Source: a virus (taxonomy: Duplodnaviria > Heunggongvirae > Uroviricota > Caudoviricetes). Taken from it: DNA of 35,930 nt. Shown piece after piece: positions 17,644-25,969 of this stretch (the first letter of the stretch is position 1; each line of letters starts with the position of its first letter). The position numbers and the translations under genes are program-made. Under the pieces are notes generated by a model, which worked only from the letters and a program-made list of their open reading frames with translations, was not told where the DNA came from and searched no databases. The stretch lies in the IMG/VR virus record IMGVR_UViG_2711768046_000005; one strand, 5' to 3'.

Positions 17644-17923
17644 TAAGTAACCTCGTGATGGTTTTCTCGCGCTGTGCTTCACGCTTCGCGGCGTTCTCCA
17701 GTTCCTGACGCAGTGCCACCTGCGCCATCTCGTTTTTGTCTGCCCTGGTGAGGGCAACATGAAGCTGATTTTTCAGCATGGTGATGGTCGTCTGCTGTTC
17801 ACTGGCGACGTTGTTCGCCCTGTCCAGCGAGGCGCGCAGGCTGGCATTTTTATGTTTCACCAGAAACAGACCGGCCACCGCCAGCGATAACAACACGAAC
17901 AGCACAGTCATCAGCTTTGACAT
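17498..17923 (-). CDS. lysB: LysB, inner-membrane spanin (Rz-like, 141 aa)
   Basis: There is an N-terminal TM segment (LMTVLFVLLSLAVAGLFLV) and a coiled-coil body. P2 LysB length. Confidence 0.85.
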   Translation of the reverse strand: MSKLMTVLFVLLSLAVAGLFLVKHKNASLRASLDRANNVASEQQTTITMLKNQLHVALTRADKNEMAQVALRQELENAAKREAQREKTITRLLNENEDFRRWYGADLPDAVRRLHQRPACTDASDCPQRLPESEPLPDAGQ

Positions 17924-18336
17924 GGTTCCCGCCCCTCAAAACGCTGACGGCAGGCCGTACGTATCAGCCGGAAGAACAGCGATACCACGAGATAAATCAG
18001 CGCGGTAAAAATCCACCCGGCAGCGACCAGCGAGATAAACGTCGCCACCATCACTACCAGAGCCACCGCCCGTCTGCGCCACGGCACCGGCTGCAAAAAC
18101 AGCGACGTGACAATCTTCACGGCCAGCGATTCCGGCGGCAGCTCTCGCCCGTAGCGTTCCAGTACATACTCTGTGGCATACACGCCGACACCGCCGGCAA
18201 CCACACAGATAACCGTCGCCAGAATCGCCCAGGCGGCGACAAAACTGACGGCCACGCTCTGCGGGTAAATCAGGGACAGTGCCAGCATCAGCGCCAGCGA
18301 CACGTTCAGCATCAGTGAAAGGGATAATTTCTTCAT
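17911..18336 (-). CDS. lysA: LysA, membrane protein affecting lysis timing (141 aa)
   Basis: Multi-TM hydrophobic protein with P2 LysA length and position. Confidence 0.85.
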   Translation of the reverse strand: MKKLSLSLMLNVSLALMLALSLIYPQSVAVSFVAAWAILATVICVVAGGVGVYATEYVLERYGRELPPESLAVKIVTSLFLQPVPWRRRAVALVVMVATFISLVAAGWIFTALIYLVVSLFFRLIRTACRQRFEGREPCQS

Positions 18337-18350
18337 GGTGTTGACTCCGT

Positions 18351-18848
18351 TTAAGCCGGTACGCCGCCAGCGGTACGCCAGACGGTGACCAGTTTTTCCA
18401 GTGAATGCTCACGCTGACCGTAACCGGCACCCGGCAGGGACGCCCAGATATTGCGACAGCGTGAAATGGCGCGCTCAATGCGTCCCGCCCGGATGTCATC
18501 CAGTGCACCGCGTTCGCGGATCAACTGAATGGCGAGCCTGTCCTGTGACAACGGACTGAAATCCGGCAGGGCAAGCTGTTTGCGGTAATGCGGCCAGAAC
18601 AGGTAAAGCTGCTGATAGCGACCGGAGGCCGTGGATTTTTCACCGCGACGGTTAAACACCTTCGCCGGTCGGCCATGCGCGAACGGGTGGTCACTGTAGT
18701 CGGTGAAGATTTCCGGCTTCCCGTCCAGTCCGGTGACTATCACGTCATAGCCACGGTTTTTCGTCAGCGGATGATTCGCCGTCCCTTCGGACACGGCCAG
18801 CATGTCGAGAAAGGCGGCGATATTCTGATGCGTGTTAATTACCGGCAT
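18351..18848 (-). CDS. K: Endolysin K (165 aa, lambda R-like)
   Basis: FLDMLAVSEGT...GYDVIVTG...FTDYSDHP...NIWASLPGAGYGQ resembles the lambda R transglycosylase. P2 gpK length. Confidence 0.9.
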   Translation of the reverse strand: MPVINTHQNIAAFLDMLAVSEGTANHPLTKNRGYDVIVTGLDGKPEIFTDYSDHPFAHGRPAKVFNRRGEKSTASGRYQQLYLFWPHYRKQLALPDFSPLSQDRLAIQLIRERGALDDIRAGRIERAISRCRNIWASLPGAGYGQREHSLEKLVTVWRTAGGVPA

Positions 18849-19129
18849 TACGGTTTCCCCCTGCCCTTAAAACGGCGCTGAATGGCAATCTCAATCACCT
18901 GATAACCGGCGATACCCAGCATGGAGCCGATGCCGCACACCGCAGGCAGTGACAGGTCAGGAAACTGCACCAGAACAACACCGGCAACCATCGAGACAAA
19001 ACCACCGAGCAACATGCGCCCGATAAACAGACGCGGGGTGATGGGTTCACCACCGGCAAGCACCTTGCCGACAACAATCAGCACCCCAATCATGAAAAGC
19101 GACAGGACGCTTTTTTCTTCTGCTGTCAT
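18848..19129 (-). CDS. Y: Holin Y (93 aa)
   Basis: Small multi-TM protein directly upstream of K, with P2 gpY length. Confidence 0.85.
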   Translation of the reverse strand: MTAEEKSVLSLFMIGVLIVVGKVLAGGEPITPRLFIGRMLLGGFVSMVAGVVLVQFPDLSLPAVCGIGSMLGIAGYQVIEIAIQRRFKGRGKP

Positions 19130-19132
19130 GCG

Positions 19133-19336
19133 TTACTCCCACAGATTGACAGTTTCAGCCACGGGCGCGGTCTGAACGTCGGGCAGTTCGACGGCGGTGC
19201 CGTGTGGCAGCACTGCACCCAGTTCAGCCAGTCCCGGATTTGCGACGAGCACGGTCTCAACCACGCCCTCAGTGCGCCCGTAATACCGGACACAAATGGC
19301 GTCGAGCGTGTCGCCCTGTAGCGCAAAGGTCTTCAT
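19133..19336 (-). CDS. X: Tail protein X (67 aa, LysM-like)
   Basis: MKTFALQGDTLDAICVRYYGRTEGVVETVL... is recognised. The start was trimmed to Met24, and the ATGA overlaps the L stop. Confidence 0.85.
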   Translation of the reverse strand: MKTFALQGDTLDAICVRYYGRTEGVVETVLVANPGLAELGAVLPHGTAVELPDVQTAPVAETVNLWE

Positions 19337-19845
19337 CAGATTTGACTCACGATGCAGCGCGGTTTGTCCTGGATACGCGCCACCGCCCAGCGCATATCCC
19401 GCCACAGTTCATCAATGGTGCTGTCAATGCTGTCAGCCTTCTTGTCACCTTTCGCACTGGCATCCACGCCGCGATAACGCTCATAAAGCGACGCGGTCGC
19501 CATCGCAGACACGGCGCGCTCGTAGTAAAAAACTTTGATGCTTTCACCGTCGATGTCGTCCGCCGGGACGTCCGCCAGACGCGTAAAACCGGCGGCAATT
19601 TTCTGTTCGCGGTACTCGTACAGCTCCGCATTCGTCTCCGCCATGCCTGACTTGATGGCCTCACGCAGACGGGCGGGGGCGACGGTCTGCTCAAGGCGCA
19701 TACGTTCCCGGACGCGCTTCGGGTCGATATCGGGAAAAAAGAACGTGTTTTTAATCACCGGCTCGTCGCCTGCCGGTTGCGGGATGACCACCGTACCCTC
19801 ACCGGACACGGGAGCCTCCTTTCGCGGAATAATCAGCGTCATCAT
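19336..19845 (-). CDS. L: Head completion protein L (169 aa)
   Basis: The start was trimmed to Met21 (MMTLIIPRKEAPV...) to give the P2 gpL length. Confidence 0.85.
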   Translation of the reverse strand: MMTLIIPRKEAPVSGEGTVVIPQPAGDEPVIKNTFFFPDIDPKRVRERMRLEQTVAPARLREAIKSGMAETNAELYEYREQKIAAGFTRLADVPADDIDGESIKVFYYERAVSAMATASLYERYRGVDASAKGDKKADSIDSTIDELWRDMRWAVARIQDKPRCIVSQI

Positions 19846-19944
19846 GACTACCTCTGAAAAGTCGGGCGGTGGACGCCGGTGCAGTGTCAGGTAATTCACC
19901 CTCACTGACCGGCGTGCCGCCCTGGCGCGGGGCGCATTCGGTTG

Positions 19945-20688
19945 TTAACTGGCTTTCTTTTTCGGGCGTCCACGTTTTGCCGGTGTCACGCTCCGGGTCT
20001 TACGCGGGGCGCGGGTGGCCGCTTTTGGCTGCGGCTCCGGCTTCGGTTTCAGCTCCCGCTCCAGTCGTTCAATCTCTTTTTTGACGCCTGCCTGACAGTC
20101 GAGCTGTGTCGCACGTTGCAGGTGAGCCAGCGCACCGGCGGCATCACCACCATCACGCAGAAACAGACCGGTGATTTTGTGCAGCTTTGCGCGCACTTCA
20201 TCAGGCATGTCAGCCGTGGCGGTCAGTTCAAGGGTGTCCGTCAGCAGGCGGGTATCCACAGACTCACCGGCAGCGTGAGCACGCATGGCCGCAAGCGCCA
20301 CCTCCTCGGTGAACATGTACGGCGGGGTGCGGCGGTGTTTACCCGGCATGGTCAGACCGTACTTCAGGGCATAACGGGCAATCTCCAGCGCACCGGCAAT
20401 ATCGCCGGTATCCAGACGCCACAGCATGACCGTCATCAGAATGTCATCCTGTGCACCTTTGCCCTGCTCCAGCACGCCGTTCACCCACGGCAACCAGAAC
20501 GGCAGCAGTTCGCGTTTTTTCGCGGCCTTCAGCTCTTTTGAATAAATCGCTTTCAGTGTACGCTGGTCTGCGGCGAGCTTAACCAGCATCTGCTCATAGA
20601 CAGTTGCATGTCGCAGCGGGGCGGCTTCCCGCTGCGCGGTCATCGCTGCCGAGACCCGCATCATGTGGCGCTGTGCGGGACTCGTCAT
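19945..20688 (-). CDS. M: Terminase small (endonuclease) subunit M (247 aa)
   Basis: P2 gpM length and synteny. Confidence 0.9.
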   Translation of the reverse strand: MTSPAQRHMMRVSAAMTAQREAAPLRHATVYEQMLVKLAADQRTLKAIYSKELKAAKKRELLPFWLPWVNGVLEQGKGAQDDILMTVMLWRLDTGDIAGALEIARYALKYGLTMPGKHRRTPPYMFTEEVALAAMRAHAAGESVDTRLLTDTLELTATADMPDEVRAKLHKITGLFLRDGGDAAGALAHLQRATQLDCQAGVKKEIERLERELKPKPEPQPKAATRAPRKTRSVTPAKRGRPKKKAS

Positions 20689-20691
20689 CGG

Positions 20692-21765
20692 TTACGCTCC
20701 CGGCTCTGCGGTCGCCTTAGCCGGTGTGGAGAAATCACCGACCTTGATTTTTTCCACCAGACAACCGGCGGCGTAGTCCTCCACCACGTAATCAATGTTC
20801 ATTGACTCGTAGTTCTCCACGCGGTCGAGTTTCGGGTTTTCCTCAATCACGCGGCGATGGCTGTCATCCATGTAGTAGATGGACAGGTTTTCCAGCTTCG
20901 TGATGAGCATCGCATCCGCCGGGAAGTACGGGACGCGTACCGCCGGCAGGTTACCGATGCGTTTCTGGCTGATGATGACGTCAGCGGCCAGCATTTCGCT
21001 GTTGTCCTGCTCCTTGTTGACGATGGGAAAATACTTGTCCGCCAGTAGCTGACGTCCCACAATCACCACAAGGTCAGGGTCTTCCTGATACCACGGCTCA
21101 ATCAGGTTGTTGGTCGCATCCATCACCAGTGCGTCAAGGCTGGCATAATCACCGCCCTTACCCACGCGGATAACCTCAGAGGTGGTGTGCCCTTCCTCGT
21201 CAGTGACCTTGCTAATCACGCGCGCCGGTGCTTCATTGCGGTATTTCTGCAGCCAGCCGACCGCCACATCCTGTAGCATCGGATTACTGCTGCGGTCAGA
21301 GGTTTCGGCACGCCTCACGCCGTTAAAACCGGCCATGATTAAATCAAGGGACTGGCGTTTGATAATGGCGTTACGGACACGGAGCTGGAAATCCTGATAA
21401 CGCGCCCACAGGTCAAGCGTTTTGTAGCGGATATAAAAATCGAAGTTAATCTGGTCGCATTCGTACTTGTTTGACGCCAGCTTCGAGAAGTCCTTCGGCT
21501 GACGCTCGGTGCCACCGGCGGTGTCGGTGGTGCTGGCGATGGAGCCGGTGACACCAATACCAATTTTTTCCCCTTTCATTTCGCTGACCGGCACAATATT
21601 GATGCGGGTCAGAAAATCAGAGGACTCCTGCATGGTGTTCATCAGGGTCTGGGTGACCGACGGTTCAACGGTGAATTTTTTCGACACATCACCGGCGTCG
21701 ATGCCGTTCAGTTCGGCAACACGGGACAGGTAGGCATTAAATTTAAAGCGGGTTTCCTGGCGCAT
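20692..21765 (-). CDS. N: Major capsid protein N (357 aa)
   Basis: P2 gpN length and synteny. Confidence 0.9.
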   Translation of the reverse strand: MRQETRFKFNAYLSRVAELNGIDAGDVSKKFTVEPSVTQTLMNTMQESSDFLTRINIVPVSEMKGEKIGIGVTGSIASTTDTAGGTERQPKDFSKLASNKYECDQINFDFYIRYKTLDLWARYQDFQLRVRNAIIKRQSLDLIMAGFNGVRRAETSDRSSNPMLQDVAVGWLQKYRNEAPARVISKVTDEEGHTTSEVIRVGKGGDYASLDALVMDATNNLIEPWYQEDPDLVVIVGRQLLADKYFPIVNKEQDNSEMLAADVIISQKRIGNLPAVRVPYFPADAMLITKLENLSIYYMDDSHRRVIEENPKLDRVENYESMNIDYVVEDYAAGCLVEKIKVGDFSTPAKATAEPGA

Positions 21766-21819
21766 AGTTATTCCTGAAATTAAGGGTTAATCGTGAAGGT
21801 TTTCCTGGACTGACGCCGG

Positions 21820-22674
21820 TCAGCAGTTCGTCATCAGGGCGTCACCGCCACCGCCGGTGGCCTTGCTGCGGCGCTGCTGGGTCAGACTTTCGGTGTGGTC
21901 GAGACTGTTTTTCAGGCGGGTGAATGCCTGGCTGGTTTCATCCGCCCTGTCTGTCACCTCCTGCTTAAGTGCGGAAAAGGCGGTTTCCATCTCAGCGAGG
22001 CGCTGCTCAGTGGCGCTCAGTTTTTCCTGCACATGTTCAGCGACAGCGGTCACCGCTTCATGCACGTCATTCAGACGGGCGTCATCGCTCGCCTGTTTGC
22101 GGCCAAAAATGGATTTCACCTTTTCGGTCAGGGCGGTGAACACGGTTTCAGGCAGGTCTTCAAATTCCAGCTCAACGGGCGTTGCCACTGAAATCAGGTT
22201 TTCAGGGCTTAATTTGAAGCGGTTCAGGGGGTTGTGTTTTGCCGTGCGGCAGAATTCCAGGTATTCCGTGCCGAGGCTTGCCGGGTCATCGGTGACGGCC
22301 AGCCCCACCAGATAACATTTGCCGGTGTTGGCAAAGTTCGGCTGAATTTCCATTGAGGTGTAGACCTTCTGCGCGGCCTTGTTCATCGCGATAAGGTCAT
22401 CGGTCGGGGTGATTTTCGCAAACAGCGCCCATTTGCCTTTCAGCGCCGAATCATCGTCAATCTTTTCGGCCTTCAGTTCGGCCACATCACCATAACGTTT
22501 AAAAATACCGTCAGGCAGGATGCCGCGCAGATGTTCCAGGTTAATACGGCAACCATAGACACGCGGGTCAAAGGTTTCGGCCATTTCCTGAATATCCTGC
22601 GCACTGATGACACGCCCGTCACAGGTGTCACCCTCAACGCCGATACGAAAGAATTTTGAGACTTTTTTTGCCAT
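21820..22674 (-). CDS. O: Capsid scaffold / maturation protease O (284 aa)
   Basis: The start was trimmed to Met23 (MAKKVSKFFRIGVEGDTCDGR...) to give the P2 gpO length. Confidence 0.85.
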   Translation of the reverse strand: MAKKVSKFFRIGVEGDTCDGRVISAQDIQEMAETFDPRVYGCRINLEHLRGILPDGIFKRYGDVAELKAEKIDDDSALKGKWALFAKITPTDDLIAMNKAAQKVYTSMEIQPNFANTGKCYLVGLAVTDDPASLGTEYLEFCRTAKHNPLNRFKLSPENLISVATPVELEFEDLPETVFTALTEKVKSIFGRKQASDDARLNDVHEAVTAVAEHVQEKLSATEQRLAEMETAFSALKQEVTDRADETSQAFTRLKNSLDHTESLTQQRRSKATGGGGDALMTNC

Positions 22675-22760
22675 TGTCAGGAGTCCTGAATAGTGATTAG
22701 AGGAGTCACATGTCGGCATCAGTTTCCCGACGATGCGCATCCTCCGCCATCAGTCCCGGA

Positions 22761-22778
22761 TGGCTTATCACTGACACA
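22761..22778. promoter_or_regulatory. Imperfect late-promoter dyad (TGG-N12-ACA) in the divergent O/P control region
   Basis: This is the only near-match to TGT-N12-ACA between the O start (22674) and the P start (22848). Its geometry is compatible with about -55 for either promoter, so the assignment to P_P or P_O is ambiguous. Confidence 0.3.
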
Positions 22779-22847
22779 ACAGCACCTTAGCGAATCGCGG
22801 GGCGCGACTCAGTAGCCTTGCCGTGTATTCATCACGGCGAGGTATTC

Positions 22848-24620
22848 ATGACCATCACCACAGACACCACTCTTTTACACGACCCGCGTCGTCAGGCGGC
22901 GCTGCTGTACTGGCAGGGGTTTTCCGTGCCGCAGATTGCCGCCATGTTGCAGATGAAACGCCCGACGGTGCAGAGCTGGAAACAGCGCGACGGCTGGGAC
23001 AGCGTTGCCCCCATCAGCCGTGTCGAAATGAGTCTGGAAGCGCGACTGACCCAGCTCATCATCAAACCGCAGAAAACCGGTGGTGACTTCAAGGAAATTG
23101 ACCTGCTCGGACGCCAGATTGAACGACTGGCACGGGTAAACCGCTACAGTCAGACCGGCAACGAGGCAGACCTTAATCCGAACGTCGCTAACCGCAACAA
23201 AGGCGGGCGTCGCAAACCGAAAAAGAATTTTTTCAGTGACGAGGCCATCGAAAAGCTGGAGCAGATTTTCTTTGAGCAGTCTTTCGACTATCAGTTGCAC
23301 TGGTATCGCGCCGGGCTTGAGCACCGCATCCGCGATATCCTGAAATCCCGCCAGATTGGCGCGACGTTTTATTTTTCCCGCGAGGCGCTGCTGCGCGCCC
23401 TGAAAACCGGCCATAACCAGATTTTTCTGTCGGCCAGTAAAACGCAGGCGTATGTGTTCCGCGAATACATCATTGCCTTTGCCCGGCTGGTTGACGTTGA
23501 CCTGACCGGTGACCCGATTGTCCTGGGCAATAACAGCGCAAAACTGATTTTTCTCGGCACCAACTCCAACACCGCACAGAGCCATAACGGCGACCTGTAC
23601 GTCGATGAGATTTTCTGGATCCCGAATTTTCAGGTACTGCGTAAGGTGGCATCAGGTATGGCCTCACAGAGTCACCTGCGCTCGACCTATTTCTCCACCC
23701 CGTCCACGCTGGCGCACGACGCCTACCCGTTCTGGTCGGGTGAACTGTTCAACCGGGGACGCGCCAGCGCCGCCGAACGCGTGGAAATCGACATCAGTCA
23801 TAACGCCCTTGCCGGAGGTCTTCTCTGTGCGGACGGCCAGTGGCGGCAGATTGTCACCATTGAGGACGCCCTGAAAGGTGGCTGCACGCTGTTCGACATT
23901 GAGCAGCTCAAACGTGAAAACAGCGCCGACGATTTTAAAAACCTGTTCATGTGTGAATTTGTTGACGATAAGGCGTCGGTGTTCCCGTTCGAGGAGCTGC
24001 AACGCTGCATGGTCGACACGCTGGAAGAATGGGAAGACTATGCGCCGTTTGCCGCCAATCCGTTCGGCTCCCGCCCGGTATGGATTGGTTACGACCCGTC
24101 ACACCGTGGCGACAGCGCCGGATGCGTGGTGCTGGCACCGCCGGTGGTGGCCGGTGGCAAATTCAGAATACTTGAGCGTCACCAGTGGAAAGGCATGGAC
24201 TTTGCCACCCAGGCTGAATCCATCCGCAAACTCACCGAAAAATACAACGTCGAATACATCGGTATTGATGCCACCGGCCTCGGTGTCGGCGTGTTCCAGC
24301 TCGTGCGCTCGTTCTATCCCGCCGCGCGCGACATCCGCTACACGCCGGAAATGAAAACCGCAATGGTGCTCAAGGCAAAAGACGTCATCCGCCGTGGCTG
24401 TCTGGAATATGACGTCAGCGCCACCGACATCACCAGCTCGTTTATGGCTATCCGCAAGACCATGACCAGCAGCGGACGCAGCGCCACCTATGAGGCCAGC
24501 CGCAGCGAGGAAGCCAGCCACGCCGACCTCGCCTGGGCGACCATGCACGCCCTGTTAAATGAGCCACTCACCGCCGGTATCAGCACCCCGCTGACATCCA
24601 CCATTCTGGAGTTTTACTGA
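22848..24620 (+). CDS. P: Terminase large (ATPase) subunit P (590 aa)
   Basis: The ATG at 22848 (MTITTDTTLLHDPRRQAALLYWQGFSVPQIA...) gives the P2 gpP length. A GAGG SD lies upstream. The TTG-extended ORF was rejected. Confidence 0.9.
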   Translation: MTITTDTTLLHDPRRQAALLYWQGFSVPQIAAMLQMKRPTVQSWKQRDGWDSVAPISRVEMSLEARLTQLIIKPQKTGGDFKEIDLLGRQIERLARVNRYSQTGNEADLNPNVANRNKGGRRKPKKNFFSDEAIEKLEQIFFEQSFDYQLHWYRAGLEHRIRDILKSRQIGATFYFSREALLRALKTGHNQIFLSASKTQAYVFREYIIAFARLVDVDLTGDPIVLGNNSAKLIFLGTNSNTAQSHNGDLYVDEIFWIPNFQVLRKVASGMASQSHLRSTYFSTPSTLAHDAYPFWSGELFNRGRASAAERVEIDISHNALAGGLLCADGQWRQIVTIEDALKGGCTLFDIEQLKRENSADDFKNLFMCEFVDDKASVFPFEELQRCMVDTLEEWEDYAPFAANPFGSRPVWIGYDPSHRGDSAGCVVLAPPVVAGGKFRILERHQWKGMDFATQAESIRKLTEKYNVEYIGIDATGLGVGVFQLVRSFYPAARDIRYTPEMKTAMVLKAKDVIRRGCLEYDVSATDITSSFMAIRKTMTSSGRSATYEASRSEEASHADLAWATMHALLNEPLTAGISTPLTSTILEFY

Positions 24621-25654
24621 TGAGCAAGAAAAAAGGGAAAACACCGCAACCTGCGGCAAAAAAAATGACCGCCAGCGCCCCGAAAATGGAGGCATTCACC
24701 TTTGGTGAGCCGGTGCCGGTACTCGACCGCCGTGACATTCTGGATTACGTCGAGTGCATCAGTAACGGCAGATGGTATGAGCCGCCGGTCAGCTTTACCG
24801 GTCTGGCGAAAAGCCTGCGTGCTGCCGTGCATCACAGCTCGCCGATTTACGTCAAACGCAATATTCTGGCCTCGACATTTATCCCGCATCCGTGGCTTTC
24901 CCAGCAGGATTTCAGCCGCTTTGTGCTGGATTTTCTGGTGTTCGGTAATGCGTTTCTGGAAAAGCGTTACAGCACCACCGGTAAGGTCATCAGACTGGAA
25001 ACCTCACCGGCAAAATATACCCGCCGTGGCGTGGAGGAGGATGTTTACTGGTGGGTGCCGTCCTTCAACGAGCCGACAGCCTTCACGCCCGGCTCCGTGT
25101 TTCACCTGCTGGAGCCGGATATTAATCAGGAGCTGTACGGCCTGCCGGAATATCTCAGCGCCCTTAACTCTGCCTGGCTGAATGAGTCGGCCACGCTGTT
25201 CCGCCGCAAGTATTACGAAAATGGCGCACATGCCGGATACATCATGTACGTCACCGATGCCGTGCAGGATCGCAACGATATCGAAATGCTTCGCGAAAAC
25301 ATGGTTAAGTCGAAAGGCCGCAATAACTTTAAAAATCTGTTTCTCTATGCCCCGCAGGGGAAAGCCGACGGCATTAAAATTATCCCCCTCAGTGAAGTGG
25401 CGACGAAGGACGATTTTTTTAATATCAAAAAAGCCAGCGCCGCAGACCTGCTGGACGCGCACCGCATCCCCTTTCAGTTGATGGGCGGCAAGCCGGAGAA
25501 CGTCGGGTCGCTGGGTGATATTGAGAAAGTGGCAAAGGTCTTTGTCCGCAATGAGCTTATCCCGCTACAGGACAGGATCCGCGAGATAAACGGCTGGCTC
25601 GGTCAGGAGGTCATCCGCTTTAAAAACTACTCACTGGACACTGACAACGGCTGA
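24620..25654 (+). CDS. Q: Portal protein Q (344 aa)
   Basis: P2 gpQ length. TGATG overlaps the P stop. Confidence 0.9.
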   Translation: MSKKKGKTPQPAAKKMTASAPKMEAFTFGEPVPVLDRRDILDYVECISNGRWYEPPVSFTGLAKSLRAAVHHSSPIYVKRNILASTFIPHPWLSQQDFSRFVLDFLVFGNAFLEKRYSTTGKVIRLETSPAKYTRRGVEEDVYWWVPSFNEPTAFTPGSVFHLLEPDINQELYGLPEYLSALNSAWLNESATLFRRKYYENGAHAGYIMYVTDAVQDRNDIEMLRENMVKSKGRNNFKNLFLYAPQGKADGIKIIPLSEVATKDDFFNIKKASAADLLDAHRIPFQLMGGKPENVGSLGDIEKVAKVFVRNELIPLQDRIREINGWLGQEVIRFKNYSLDTDNG

Positions 25655-25659
25655 ACATC

Positions 25660-25681
25660 GCCGCCTGCGGGCGGCTTTTTT
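25660..25681 (+). terminator. Rho-independent terminator after Q
   Basis: The stem is gccgcc / ggcggc with loop tgcg, followed by tttttt (25676-25681). Confidence 0.85.
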
Positions 25682-25822
25682 ACATCCCGTCATCACGCCC
25701 TCACACGCTCACCACCGCACAAAACACCCCGCAGACACACAACGCCTCAACGGGCAGACTAAGCGCCGTCACGACGCGCTGAGACGCTAAAAAAATACAA
25801 TCAGCACCACCGTCAGCGCGCA

Positions 25823-25841
25823 GTGCTTTCCCCACCTCGCC
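25823..25841. other. cos cohesive-end sequence (19 nt)
   Basis: The sequence is gtgctttccccacctcgcc. It is the reverse complement of remembered P2 cos GGCGAGGCGGGGAAAGCAC with one substitution. The flanking sequence toward Q also matches the remembered P2 left end. Confidence 0.8.
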
Positions 25842-25884
25842 CGCCCGCTTCATGGGTCGGTTTTAATGCAGTTGTATTTAATGG

Positions 25885-25915
25885 AAAAAGCCCTCCAGGA
25901 CTGGAGGGCTTTTCT
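25885..25915. terminator. Bidirectional rho-independent terminator between cos and the kinase operon
   Basis: A 9-bp stem agccctcca (25889-25897) / tggagggct (25902-25910) with loop ggac is flanked by aaaaa and tttct. It lies 60 nt downstream of the operon's last stop on the - strand. Confidence 0.85.
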
Positions 25916-25969
25916 ATTAGAGTTCGTAAAATGCTCATGCAAATTCACGCGTTATGCTGCAAAAAACAA

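Noticed and set aside
17936-18508. 190-aa - strand ORF overlapping lysA and K in another frame
   Set aside because: It has Arg/Cys/Gly-rich nonsense-like composition. Both overlapped genes have exact P2 lengths. Unlike lysC, it has no signal peptide or known counterpart.
19942-20541. 199-aa + strand ORF antisense to terminase small subunit M
   Set aside because: It is a shadow ORF. Gene M on the - strand has P2 length and synteny.
22675-22847. Search for two perfect TGT-N12-ACA Ogr dyads for P_O and P_P, and a GTGA-N7-TCAC palindrome at 22693-22709
   Set aside because: Only one imperfect dyad (TGG-N12-ACA, 22761-22778) was found. The palindrome lies in the O leader and has the wrong spacing for CRP. 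I cannot assign separate P_O and P_P sites from sequence alone.
22875-23585. 236-aa - strand ORF inside terminase gene P, together with 23664-24002 and 24099-24548
   Set aside because: They are antisense to a 590-aa P2 gpP homologue and lack independent signals.
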